From Fistulifera solaris (Eukaryota): a stretch of DNA of 64,000 bases. Below are positions 49,693-63,193 of this stretch, one piece after another (the stretch's first letter is position 1; each line of letters opens with the position of its first letter). Below the pieces are notes generated by a model. The model was given only the letters and a program-made list of their open reading frames with translations, searched no databases and was not told where the DNA came from. Position numbers and translations under genes: made by a program. The DNA lies in the NCBI GenBank assembly GCA_030295235.1, contig AP026125.1:1-64000 (forward strand). Reading direction: 5' to 3'.

Positions 49693-52600
49693 ATGACAAC
49701 CACCAGCGCCACCACTGCTTTACAACACTATTTGTCTTCAAGTAATGTCTTACCGCATGTTGCCTTTGAACGATTGCGCGATCAAAGTGATCCCCAATGG
49801 CTCTTGTTACGAACCCTTCTCGAATCTACGACCAACAATCAAGAATTGTTGTTTCATTGTATTACCGGATGTCGTCAAGTTCTTTTGCAGACGTGGTCAG
49901 AGCATTCTTCCGTTTTACTGCAAACAGTCAGACAGTATTTCTTGTCGTATGGATGTTTTCATACACCCGATCCGTTGTTGCGCAAAGCCGCTTTGACGAC
50001 GTGTGTCGCGTTTTGGAAACGTGATTGGTGTACTACTTCCACCACCACCCCCGCCACCGCGAAACCCTCCGAACACGCCATCCTGACGCAACTTCAACCG
50101 TTGGTCACGTCCCCGATACTAACAACACCGCAAGAGTTGTGGCAATGGACGTTGCAACAAACGACGCCCCACACGGCACTCTTTTGGACGTTATTTATAG
50201 GAGAATGTTCCGGCAAATCGTCCATCTCGTATCGATTACCGTTGGAATTTCACAAAGCGGTTCATAAACAAGTCGAACAGGATTGGTTGTTGCCTTTGTT
50301 GCAGTGGACTTTGCAACACTGTTCGACGAGTGCTACTCCCGATACCGTGTATTTGGAATTGTTGATTTCGATATTGACGTGGGAATTTGGTGTCACCGCG
50401 TGGTCGTTGGGTTCCTTGGGGGCCAGTACCGCTGGTCGGACTCTTTTGAAACCGCCATTTGCGTGGAGAGATTCTTTGGTAGCACCCGATTTGTGTCGGG
50501 CTGTCTTATATTGGGAACAGCAATCGCCGTCACAGCCGTTGTTGCGACAATTGTTAATTCTCTTGGCCAGTCTTTCGGGACCCATTTTTCAAAGTAAAGA
50601 AGAAAAAACAACACTACGCGAGTGTTTTAATGGGAGGGGCTATGCAGTGGATTCAATCGTTGCGATTGCACAGCAACAATCATGATGAAGACGACCCGCG
50701 TTTGTTGGATACACTCCAATTGGTATCTCGCATTTGGTCAAATTTCAAGTTGGAAATTCTGACAATGTTGCCGCATCAATTGACGCCTTTGCTACAAGCT
50801 TTTGAACAAACGGGCAACAAGCTACTGCAGGCACAATTACGTGAATGCGAACAAGTGCAGGGAGATGTGGATGCCATGGTATATCGTGAATCGCGTGATG
50901 AGGCCTTGGCCGTATTATTGGAAGGGATGGTGTTGTTGTGCAGTGATCCGTGGTTACTGTATACCGGAACGGAAGAATCGAGATTGCAAGTGCAGCAATC
51001 GCTGTCGCAATTGTTGGGGCCTTTGTATCGTGGCTTTGTGTCGTGTCGCACGCGGATGGCGGCATTGGAAGAACATTATACACAATCACAAGAAACGCAC
51101 CTGGATGCTGTTACCGAAGAAATCATGCAAGCGGATTTGGATGAAGAATTAGCGTCAATAGCGGCCGTGGGTCGGTTGGATTTGTTGTTTGCCATTCAAA
51201 CCTTGTCGGAATTGTTTCATCAAACCATGCCACCCTTGGAGCAGGCATGGAGTCCCCAACAACAGCAAACGCCACAAGAGGTCACACCCGAAGTAGCAGC
51301 ACTGCTGGAACAAGCTAGATGGTTGAATTTATATATTATGCACTTGTTGACAGACCCGTGTGATGGCGAGGATGCACAAATTCCCATGGCTGTAGTGGCG
51401 GCCTGTCGTCGTAATCCCGACACGCCGCCAGCTTTGGCATCGGCGGTTCAAGCAGTACTCGCTTTTGCCCAAGCTCAAGCTCAACAAATTGCGCAACAGC
51501 CCCACAACCGTCGATTGTCGCCTTTGTTGGCCTGTTCCTTCCTCGAGTTTATGATACGATTCGTTCCGGCCTATTTGGGACCAGATCAACAGTGGTTCGA
51601 TGCGCCCTCTATACTCCAGCTATGCGGTCAAGTATGTCTGCATTATCATTTACATTGGCCTCATGAACCAGCGGTGCAAGAACATGCGGGTCGACTGTGG
51701 CGTGCATTGGCCGTTCGAGGGCCGCACATGCGACAAGATGTCCTCAAAACACCAGCCTTCCAACAGCTGATGCAATGGCAGGTCATAACTTTGGGAATCC
51801 GACATTCCGTGACACAAGAAGAGTTTGCCGCCACGGTCCAACATCATAGCGTGTCCTTGGAACAGCTGTGGGGATACCATCGCCTTCCGTATCTGGATAA
51901 GCGTCGCATTTTAACAGGTATCATTCTAATGAGTTGCGACGAGCGAGCCGACCAAACGTTCCACCAAGTTCTCTCGGCGGTCCAACAAGCTTGGCAACCG
52001 CTGCAGCAGCAACGCGAAACGTCCATTCATGTCCAAGAACAGCTGTGTTTGTGCGTACATGCACTGATTGGTATGACGGAAGCCAGTGAGATGAAGCCTG
52101 TGGAACGACTGCCGCAATTCTTGACTCCTTATTTATCGCAGCTATCCTATTGGATGGAGCAATATGCCAGTGATTTGACCATTTCGGAACTCATTTTGCA
52201 ATTTTTTCGCTTGTATGCGGAGCAATTTATTGTTATTCTGAACCGCGAACAAAGTCTGGTTTTGTTCGATAGCGTCGCCAAAGTATTACACGCCTACGCA
52301 CAACAGCAATGGCAGTCCCGAGCCATCGTCAAAACCAATAGCGAAAAAGAACACGAGGAAGAGCAGCAGTACAGTGATATTGTCTGTGCTCTACAATTAC
52401 TGATCCAATTATCCACTAAAGATTTTGTCGATGCCTGTAAAGAAGACGGAGTCGAGTCGCATCAGGTCACACACCTCGTCTTTTTCGGTGTCCAACAACT
52501 ATTACCGTTAATGACGCAAGGGTTGTTGCAATTACCCACTCTCTGCTCACTCTTCTACGAGCTGATTGGCTTTCTCGCCGAAACCTACCCGGCGGAACTT

Positions 52601-53092
52601 ACCGACTTTCTATCGTACGAATTGTTTCACCGAGGTTTACTTGAAGCACTTTGGTTTGGCTCAACGCATCATTCGCATCAAGTGGCCAAACTGAGTTTAT
52701 ACGGACTCGGGAGTCTCGCCAAAGAACACGCCCGTTCGCAGGCCTGGCAAAAGCACTTGCAACATTGTCCTACACTGCTGGACGATTGCCGCGAACATCT
52801 GTTGACGCGTGTTATTTTTCAGACGGTCGTGACGGACCGTGTCGAAGCGGCAGGCATGGCCCTGTTGCCACTGTTGGCCGCCGATCCGTCTCGCGCTGTC
52901 TTTACCAAAATTCTGAGTCAAGTTTCCGATGTTTCGCAACGAGAACGACTAGAACAGCACCTGCAGTGGCTGCTGCCACCGATGAACGTAGCACTGGAAG
53001 ATGGATACGAAGGACGACGTATGCGAGCCCAGTTTCGTGAACGATTTGAAGAGTTTGTACAAGAAGTTCATTCCTTCCTCGTATTGCGTTAA
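49693..53092 (+). CDS. Exportin-4-like karyopherin (frameshift ~50610)
   Basis: About 1130 aa helical protein; LILLASLSGPIF, RLSPLLA, LPLMTQGLLQLPTLCSLFYELIGFLAETYP. Confidence 0.72.
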
Positions 53093-53234
53093 CAATACTT
53101 TGTAGTGAACGGAGAAGTGCAAACAAGGATAAAAAATGATAAGTATATGTTGCTTGAGTTCTATGCATAAACACCCATTATAAGTATTGAAACAAAATAG
53201 TTAAAATGATCTATTTTTGTCCCTCGCTCTATGC

Positions 53235-53726
53235 TTAGACGCCTCCTCCACCCAAGAACATGTTCACACGTTGCATAATATAATCTTGTTCCGGATCATA
53301 CGGATGTTCTTTACTGGGAATTTCCAATACGGTAGGAATAGTGCTATGATAGTCCTTCAAGACGTGTCGAATATTGTTGGCAATGTGCTGATTGATGAGA
53401 ATAATTCCGACATCTTCTCGCGTACTGAATTGTTGAAAGGCTTCTTCAATCGATTGTAACTTCGTATCGGGTTTGACGACTAAAAAGTTGGATCCTTGGG
53501 CGGTACGGTGACCGACGCCGGCTAACAAAAAGCCCGTAACCGTGTCCTATGTGTCAAGGGTGAGAAACCGCGGAAAAAATCGCCTGTCGAGTTTGTCTCA
53601 TCCTCGAGAGAACCTACCTCATCACCAATTACAGCAACTAATTTTCCGACTTCCTGTTAATGCAACAAAACTGTCAGCTTATATCAATTGGAAACAAAGA
53701 AACGGAAGAGATAGAGAACGTACCAT
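53235..53726 (-). CDS. VMA7: V-type proton ATPase subunit F (2 introns)
   Basis: LVAVIGDE/DTVTGFLLAGVG, IILINQHIA, LEIPSKEHPYDP. Confidence 0.95.
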
Positions 53727-54588
53727 GGTAATAGCTTGATAATAATGAAGAGCGACAATCTCTTTGCAACGAGTGCGCTCCTCGTCATCATGGTCGCGAT
53801 CGATGATTTTTTTCTTCATCGGATTCGCGATAGCCAGAGGCAGGCTGGCGCGTCAACGGCTCTAATTGAGGTGAAAGTAAGTGGTAAGTGGTGCAATCGG
53901 TATTGCAAATATATACTAAAAAACAACTTTGCTTCTAACTGTCAGTACCACTTGCTCCGAAACCGGTACTCGTAATCGCAAATTGCAAGATTCCACATTC
54001 CATTCGACATCTCAACTCTCAACAACGACGACGCTCCGAGAGAACGACTTCGGCACAAAACACATCGATGCACCATTTTTTCTCCTCGAACGAGAAATAA
54101 CCATAACAACACATTCCTTTGCAACGAATTCATGAATTACAGTAATTGAATGTAGTTAAATCTTATAAGAATGATGGAGGATTCGCGGCATCGACAGGAA
54201 GACGAAAGAAACGGACGGTACGTCTATTTGTAACAAAGAAAACGCGTTGGTTCGAGTTTCCGCGTGCGGCTCTGTCTCTCGAGACTTTCTCTTATTTTCA
54301 AATACTTTATTTCGATCTCTTTTGACTAATTTGTCTCATGTTTAAAGTAAAAGATGAACCAAGGTCCTGTTTGGAGTCTTTGTTGGAGATGATGCCGTTT
54401 AGTTCTCTCGCTCGAGACTTTTTCCTCTTTGCAGCACAAACGCGACAGCGGTATCTCCGATACGGGTTTGGTTCGCTAACGTGACGTCATGTCACGGGGA
54501 TTCTTTGACTCGCGTAACAAGACACGAAAAGGTACGTTTGGTGTTTAGTTCGTTTCTATAACTCGTCAATTGTATCTTTATATTATTA

Positions 54589-57500
54589 TTATTTACTCAT
54601 GCGCATTCTTTTTTGTTCCTTCTGATTCTTCTTCGCCTCCATATAGGCTTGGATTTTAGCTTTCATTTCATCAAGTACCAGCTGGTGATGGGCCAATACG
54701 GTCTCATCGCTGATGTCCTCTTCTTCATCTTCCTCCTCGTGGTCCTTGGGAGTAGATTCCGCCAATTGTCGCTCCAAATCACTGATATCGGTAATGGGGC
54801 GGCAAAACGGTGCAAAAATGGTTCTCGGTTTGCTGCTTTTGTTGTCGTCATGACTCTCGCTCTTTTCAAATGGCGAGAAGAAGACGAACGTCGCGCGCGC
54901 GGAAGTTCGACACGCTGGAAAATGCCAGCCAGATCTCCCCATTTGATTTCAAAAGTGCTTTTGGGGATACTATCCGCGCTCTCATCCTCCTTTACCTTGA
55001 TAAAGTCTGCTGAGGGCATGTTGTCTGTAGCATCCGAATTCCTAGCTTTTTTGGAAGATCCACCGCGAGCCCCGCCGAACGAGAAAGAATACTTACGATC
55101 GTCATTGCCTCGGCGATGCCGTCCGTACGGTTTGTTTTCAAGCAAGTGCAACTGCCAATCCAAAGGCTCGGATACGTGCTGCGGTTGATAAACGGCCCAA
55201 GACGGTGCTTGCGCGGATCCAGTACCAGGAGGCGGAGGAGGCTCCGAGAAGGAATGCCGCCGTTTCAAACCAACTCTTGTGTGACTGGGTGTAATGCTGG
55301 CTTTAGTGACATTTGCCTCTCGCGATGCGTCTGTTCCGTCTGCATAAGGCCCGTGATCGCTGACGCCTCCTCGAATATTGTGTCGATCTTGAAGCTTTCT
55401 TAACGATTTGTGAAACATGGCGCGCGCATGTGCTCGTCGAATCAATTCTTCACCTGAAGCACCTGGGATAAATCCAGTATCCATTTTACATGGATCTTCC
55501 CATTCGCCATTGTCATCAGTAAAAACATCGTATGGGATCATCGTGGACACAAGCAGCTCTTCATTTTGAACAATCTCGAACAGTTTATCATGTCCCAACG
55601 CCTCACCAGCACGAACCATCGCACTGACATAGGCGTGCGAGAACAATTCACTGACGGTAGTCTTTTTCGCAAGAAAGTTGGCTAACATGACCCGTTCTTG
55701 AGCTTTTGCGCGCAGTGCGCCAACTCGAGATTCATCAAGGAAGGCAATCGCCTGTTCAAAGTTTGGAATGCATTTGTTTGCGAAAGGATCGATATGAAGT
55801 TTCACCATGAGCGCTTTGCTCACAACTGACACCGTTCGAAGCTCCAGCTTTTGGGATGCTAAAGACTTGCTTCTTTCAATTTCGGCTGATCCTTGCACTT
55901 GGACGGCCTTCGGCGCAAGATTCTTCTTCGGCGCGGATTTGTCGGCATATACGGTTTCACCTTTGGTCATTGAGTCGGTAACATCTGCGGACAGTTCTCG
56001 TACTGCTGTATCTACAGCCGTTTGGATAAGCCATTTGCAATCGGGATCGACATCAATGCGTCCGCTTTTCTTAAATGCATCTTGAAAGTTTATCTCATGA
56101 TTCGCCCACAACCAAACCAAAATGACTGCAGCCACTGCATCGCGCGGAAGAGGCAAACATGCAACATTTCCTGGTACTTTTAAGGAGAGATTAGTCAATC
56201 TCTCTCGTAACGGCGACACCACCAAGCTTTTAGGTATCGGCACAGCAGCCCCAGCTTGATGCAGGTGCTCCAAGCATGCATTTAGTCTCGCCAAGTCTTT
56301 GATTTTGTCCAAAACGGAATGGATATAACCGCTTCTAATCAGGGACGCTTCTTGCGTGCCTACTAAATTCGTTGCACTTGGTGCGACATACTTCATTCGG
56401 TCTGCAGAGAAATTCTTTTCTTTAGCACTCTTTCGATCCTGCTTGCCTTCTTCGCTGACTGACGCTGATTCTCTCGGCTGATCCGGGAGGTTAAAGATGG
56501 AACTGTCAGCTTTTGTTTTGGGTTTCCTGTTATCCGTTGAGCAGGCTTCTCTTTCTTTCTCTACGGTGTTGGTCGGTTCAAGGGGCTTCGATTTTCCCGT
56601 TTCTCCAGGATCGGTGCAAGTTGTCTTCGATGCGACGACGATTTCTTTAGCTTCACCGACTTGAACGGCGCTCGCGACAACCTTCTTGTCAAGTGGTGAG
56701 GAGTTTCCTGAGTCGGAAACACTAGGCTTTTGTCCAGCTACTGGCACTTGTTTTCTAGCGTTAGCTGAAGATGCCTTGCTCCTGCCGTTTGAGATCGGTG
56801 CTTTGATGTCAGTCCTATTACCGGCTACTATACTGCTTGCCATCGGCCCGTATCCTGCAGCAATACCTCCAATTCTTCCAAAAGGCGGAAACGGATGTAT
56901 CGGGTTACCTGCAGCTCCCATAAATTGTGCTACTGCATGCTGTTGCTGCTGGAAGCTATGTAGATTAGCGAGGTCACCGGCGGCGGGATGGTGAAGTTGA
57001 TGCATTGCATTTGCCATTTGATATTGGGTATAACTGCCCATCTGATTCATCAGCTGCATATTGAACAAGTGCACCGATTGAGCCGGTGTAGCAACATTTG
57101 CCATATGGATGGATGATGACATAACAGGTGCGCTTTTTACGCTACTTGCCGAATCCTCACTCATTTTGCGCGAAGAAGAAGACTTGACCTTCAGCTGACT
57201 CTTTCGGGAAGCTTCTTGCGTTTTTTCTGTGGTTTTCTCTTTCGCCCCGCCACCTCCGCGTATACTCTTAACGGCAACGACTGTAGCAGGATCGCGCTTT
57301 AGCTTCTTCTCGGAAAGCTCCACCTCGGGTGTTTCTAGCGGGCGCTTTCTTTTAACAGCGAAGATAGCGGAAGTGAGCGATTTATCAGCATTGAGAACTT
57401 TTCCGTGAAGTGATTTCAACTTTTTGACCACAATGCCGAGTTCTTGTCGTCAATCGCTGGTAGCAAATTCACAACTTTGGATGAAGAAGTGGCGGGTGCT

Positions 57501-59625
57501 CTCCTAAGAGACCTACAGCATGTAAAACAGAGAACGCAAGAATTGGATCCAAGGGTCTTGCGTCGCTGGACGAACCCTGTGCAACGTTTCCATCAGCAAC
57601 TTCCTTGGACGCGACGGTAGAGGCCGAGACAACTGATTCGCTTTTCTGCTTATTCACCAGTCGTGGAAGGCCGTAAAGGAGTTTTATCTTCGTGACATCG
57701 CATGTTTGCTCTCCGTCACCGCCTACAACAAAGTTGTCCAAGATTTTTTGGATAGAAGACACACCTCTATGAGTTGATGCATCGGCTGTCGTGCACACGG
57801 GTAATGGCTTTCTTTCCCGTCGCTCATTAGTTCCAGGAAGCGGCGGCAGGGTCAATGCAAGATATTCGCTGGGAAAGGGTTCGGCGTGCATCGGATCAAT
57901 CGAACCATGCGGGGCATCTACGCTCGCCCGTCGACGTCCTCCCAGAGAATCCGGATGCGGATGCTTAAGTCTTTGCTGGGCAGACTTGTTAACACCAAAT
58001 CGAGAGCCTCGTGCCATCAGCGCTAAAGTTGAAGGCGCAACGCTTTTGATCTCCCGCGGAGCCCGTACGAACTCTTCTGCCATGGGATTCAGGCTGAGTA
58101 GTTGTCCGAAGGATAGCCCGCTTGAAGCACGAGACTTGTTCGCTTTGATATTCGTGGTCGCCTCCCGTGTTTTCGATTTGCTTGGCTGGGTTTCAGCGGC
58201 TAAATTATTTACATCATTTGTGGGTGAAAGAGTCGCTAGTTTCGTCGACGACGAATCATCGGCGTCAACAGGTGTTGCTTTTGTCAGGTTATCGTACTTT
58301 TTCAAGGCGAGCGGAGGTGGGTCCGGATATAGGGATGGATTTTGATCTTGTCGTTCCATTCTAAGGAGGATCGATTTCCTTTTCCGCTCCAACATAACAT
58401 CACCGGCCGTAGCAGCTGCCAGGCTAATATTTTTTACTCGTTGTCCGGTGACAGGGTGAAGTGGACACCTTTCGCTGTACAGTTTGAGAGTTGACGCTGG
58501 AACTTCTTCTTCGGGTAAAATAATCAAGTTCAGGCCCGCCGACACGAACATGAGCTGGTCCCCATGGTCTACATTTCCTTGCGCAAACATTCGAGCTGCT
58601 GCCATGATCCCTGGCGAAGCGTCGACGGTATTGGATGACGCTTGTTGTGCTTGCTGGACGGCGGCTACCTCGGAATTTAACTTGTTCGCAAATTTCTTTT
58701 CGAGTTCCTTTTCATCCTGATACTTGTTAATCTCACAACACAGCTGCTCGTAAGCTGCAGCCGGATCTTTCTTAATTCTCGCTTCGGATTCAGCTGGTGT
58801 ATTCGGCGGATGCAGGCAAACGCGATATTTACCATAAACACGTTCGGTGAATGCTTTTCGCAGGGCGTACGTCTGGTTTAACGCAGTTTTCAATCGCCGA
58901 CGAACATCGTCGATCGTCTGATCTGAGGGCCGCACGTATTGCGCTATATGTTCCCCGAGACGCGAGTCTAATGTTGCTGGAGGTCCTTGGTCGGCAGAAC
59001 GAAAATCGTTAAAGTCGGTGGGATCGTCGGGGTCGGTTTCTTCCACATGGGATCTTTGCTTGCCAACAGTGACAGGTCGTACAGGCTCTTTCACTATATG
59101 AGGCTCGTTCTCGAATATTTGACTGTTCTTTTCCTTTTGTTTCTCGTTTTCCGAAAGCTTACAAGAAGAGGCATCTTTCGCATCGTCTACAAGACTCGAG
59201 ACAGATTTCGTTTGCACCGGCTTTCGATTCGACAGCTCGTCGTCGTTCTCTTTCGTAACTGTTTCTACTTTTTGTGAAGGACCGGAGATGCCTTGTTTAT
59301 CTATTAGTTGCAGCGGCTGATTGGGAGGATCATCCGTTGTTACTTGATCGTTTCCGTCTTCGTGCGTCGTCGATCCTTCCTGTTTTGCATCACGAATAGC
59401 CTCCTCCGTTGGCTTGTCTTCCGCCGCATCCGCCACTTCCGAAACGCAATTTTGCCCCTCATGTTTATTGTTGCTTGGTTGTGAAATATCTGAGCTCCCT
59501 TTCGTTTCATCCAAAGCGATAAGCGTCAAAGAAGGATCCGACGACTCTGTCGTAGCGACAGTACAGCTTTGACGTGGACCCACTTCAGGGTCTATCTTCT
59601 CCATTTCTTGCTCCGTTTCTGCCAT
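54589..59625 (-). CDS. Large (~1680 aa) uncharacterised, probably nuclear protein; two frameshifts; possible PEHE-like C-terminus
   Basis: Abutting long ORFs 57469-59814, 54663-57431 and 54589-54942; basic NLS-like stretches; EEDISDETVLAHHQLVLDEMK. Confidence 0.7.
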
Positions 59626-61380
59626 TTTTTGGTCAATTCGCTGAAACACAAGTTCGAACACCCAATTCAAGTCTATTTGAATGGGAAAAAGCAATAAAAA
59701 CGCCCCGAGGGCCAAGGAGCGCTCGTTTCCGGCAATCGAGATGAGGCTGCGGCATGGCCGTTCTACGGGATGGAATTGTCGTGGATTTCTACGTGAGGTG
59801 CAGATTTGCTCCACGCGTTCCCTTCCTTTTTCGTTCTCTTTGCGCCGCTGGCCGTTTGTACAGTCGCTTCCACACAGCGTTGGTACGCGGCACTCGACAC
59901 CGTTTTAGAAAGTACTTAACTGCTACCCCTTTTCTACTGTCAGTGTTCCATAGCCCATAGATTGACAAGGACGAAGGACGTACCGCAGCGTCTACTAAGT
60001 TCTAAGTTAATTACTCCGTAGTTAGAATACCTGGTACTGTAATCAAATCATCTCTCTAGAATACTAGACCAAATAAACGACAATGTGAGTAGTCAGCGAT
60101 AGACCTACTATAAAGAGTGATTATCACACTGGATTATTAGTTACGATTGCTCTTGCTTGCAGCTTCATCGAAATGGTCATTTTTGTATTCATTGTGATCG
60201 CTCGCTGCTTCCTGTTATCCCCCGTCTTGATTTTGACTCGTTTGATTCTTCGAGGCTAGTCGCTAAACGCATTTAGTGATTAGGTGCTGCAACTAGCGAT
60301 TAATGAATGTTTTAAGAGCTTTTGATGCTTGCGAAAGCATCGATGCCGAACAAAAGCGATAGAAAAAGGTATTTTCGGAAAGCCCAAACAGTGTATCGTA
60401 ATGAGGAATGAGAGACGAGCAACGCACGACAGCGAACTGCATCTTACATGAGGTTCTAGAGAAACGAGGATACTGTATGAGACTAGAGACTAGAGATACG
60501 TTGTGCTGTTGCGCTTCGTGACCCTTTTTTATTTATTTCTAAAAAAAAAAGGTCGCAGTTGAGACGAGAACGTCCTTGTGTGGAAGCGCTTGGTCAATCA
60601 CGAATCATGAGTGGTATTCCGGGAGTGCGAGATTTCCAGTGATAAGTAGTTTCGTGACCAAAATTTGTACTGATTTGTGACCTGCAATGATACAAAGCTA
60701 AACATATTTATTCCTAATTTTCCTGAAATGCGGATGCTTTTTCGACATTTACATTTTTTTTTTTTTTTTTTGCAGAACCGCGAAAAGTGAGTTCTGACAT
60801 TGTTCTGTTTTCGGACCGCGAACGAGTGTAAATAGTGAAAGAACAAACAATTGCCCTCAAAGGTTTGCCTGTACACAGTTGTAGATACCGTTAAAAGTGC
60901 CGGATAAATGGCCCAATAAATAATAAGGGAATAAGAAACTGGAGGGAATCGGTGGACTATGAGGATTGGGCTTTTTCGCGTTCACGGGTAGCTTTTTGTT
61001 GTGCGTTTGGTGTCACAGCCTCGTGATTGGTTTGCTATGCCCTACGACCTTTTGCTTGAGTCACTTATTACTAATGACCAGAGTAACGTAAAACACATGA
61101 GCCCCTTTTCTTTCGAAAAGGGATTCATCTAGATCCTCGTAGTCTTAGCTACAGTCGTTTATTGAAGGTAGTGCAGTCTATCAATACGACACAAAAAGTG
61201 GTGCATCGTCATCTAAAAATTGTCCCGACAAACAGAAGGTTTTCGTTTATAACAAAATTATATCACGACGTTGTTAAAGAAGCAGCTGCTCCTAACGCCT
61301 GAGAATTGAGAATTGCTGTCTAAATTGCGTTTCGCATTTGTAGAGATCAAGGTGATAATCAATCCTGCAAAAAAATCCCG

Positions 61381-62166
61381 ATGCACAAAGCCAACAGCAA
61401 GGCAAACAAGGGCGATCAATCTGTATTGACTGTCTCCACATCCGCTGAACTTACCTATGTAACAGCGTCGACTTCTTCGCAAGGCAGTATGATGCAGTGG
61501 GATAGCACAATGAACGTTCAAAACGATCAGGTATCTCGAGAAGGCGAGGATGCATTGCCAAGAATTCAACCCAGTTTTTGTCTGAACTCGAACCAACCAT
61601 CACTGCCTGGTTCCGATGAATCCAAAGTAGCCAAATCATTGCCATCTTCTCTGAGCCAACAACCGCGCGAGAAAAAAATATCGTTTGCTGTGAAACAAAA
61701 ACGGAATTACGAGACTGCTTCGATTGGCAGCGGCGATGCAATGGATGTCGATATCTCACGAAATGATCGCATGACAAATCTCTTGAGTCAAATGAAAGTT
61801 TTAGAGGACAAGATACAAAAAGCAGCATGTGCTGAGCTTCGCTATCTTCAATCTTTGGACGAAGTGACGCAGAAACGGACGCGCTGGGAGGAGAAACACC
61901 GCGAGGCGATATCGCGGCGACCACGGGCTGTCGATGAAGAATCGAGCTCTGTTTTGGAAAACTACATTGCCGAGGCGGACGCCAAGATTGCAAAAGCAAC
62001 CCTAGTTGAAACAGCCTACAAGCGTAAAGTGAAAGAACTACACGATAAGCGGTATCGCTGGAGCAAGTTGCATGAAAACGCGGGCCGAGAGTTACTCGAG
62101 CTCGATCCCAGTCGCAAGATTCCGTCGCTTCCGCCACTGTTAGCACCTTCCTTTCTTAGACGGTAA
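61381..62166 (+). CDS. Hypothetical coiled-coil protein, paralogue 1
   Basis: 261-aa ORF whose C-half aligns with the ORF at 63194. Confidence 0.75.
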   Translation: MHKANSKANKGDQSVLTVSTSAELTYVTASTSSQGSMMQWDSTMNVQNDQVSREGEDALPRIQPSFCLNSNQPSLPGSDESKVAKSLPSSLSQQPREKKISFAVKQKRNYETASIGSGDAMDVDISRNDRMTNLLSQMKVLEDKIQKAACAELRYLQSLDEVTQKRTRWEEKHREAISRRPRAVDEESSSVLENYIAEADAKIAKATLVETAYKRKVKELHDKRYRWSKLHENAGRELLELDPSRKIPSLPPLLAPSFLRR

Positions 62167-63193
62167 ATTCTAAGATAAAACTTGATTTTACCGCAACACC
62201 TCTTTCATGACTGGTAAAGATCAGTAGTACTCTTGATCAGCCTTAGTTAAAAGTCGAAGGCTCTAGAGAGAGACGCTAGTCGCCAGTGTACCAGTCTAGC
62301 AGGTGACAGGTGACAGGTGACGACTGACTTGGCAGCTTTTCAGAATGTTCAGAGCAGAGAAAGTTACTATCTGGTTTAGAATAAGTTGTTTCGCCCTAGA
62401 ACATCTGAACGGATGTTACGTTATTGTCTTAACATAGTATCCTAGGAACCTTAGAATAGATTTCACCAGTTTCTTACACATGCTCGAGTTTAAACGTCAG
62501 ACCCAGTGCATTGCATGTGAATTTGCTGCGTGGCTAAATTGCTTCAACAATGAAAGGGTGGTGCGTGTTGGCTAAAACGGTTTTGGTGCGCGACTAAAAC
62601 GGAAGCGCACAGAGCACAGAGCACTATTTATCTTTTATCTAACGTCTTACGCGACCCGTGAAACCGGGACCCGTGTATCGCTGACAACTGACAAGGCAAC
62701 TGCGACAACTGACAACGAACAATATTTCTATCGAAAAGAAGCATGACTGACAATGAATGGTTTTACACTAAAAGTCTAAAGTTGCATACTCGTTGTTACA
62801 GGTTACAGCAGCTGCTAGTTGCTAGTATCAGCTGTAGAAAAGGATGGACTTGTACGGCTCACTCCTCACTCCTCACTCTGTCACCGGTTTTCAATAGCCG
62901 GGATCCGAATCCAGGACTCAACGCCAAGCGCGGATTTTTTCCACTGGTTTACTGGTTGAGAAAATTCTCCGCAGTGTCACAGACATAGATTGTATCTGCA
63001 TCGGCTGTACAAATGACTGGGCGATAAACATTTTGCCAGTTCTATCGTACGTGACACGCAACCAATAAGTTATTTCAGTATTCTTTCGTTCTCTCGTAGT
63101 CTTTGTTGTCTCGTGACTTGATGCATCTTTTGGGTTACTTCATTATTTTCCAACAACAAAGGGATCAACATCAGCCATAATTACGCAAGCAGC

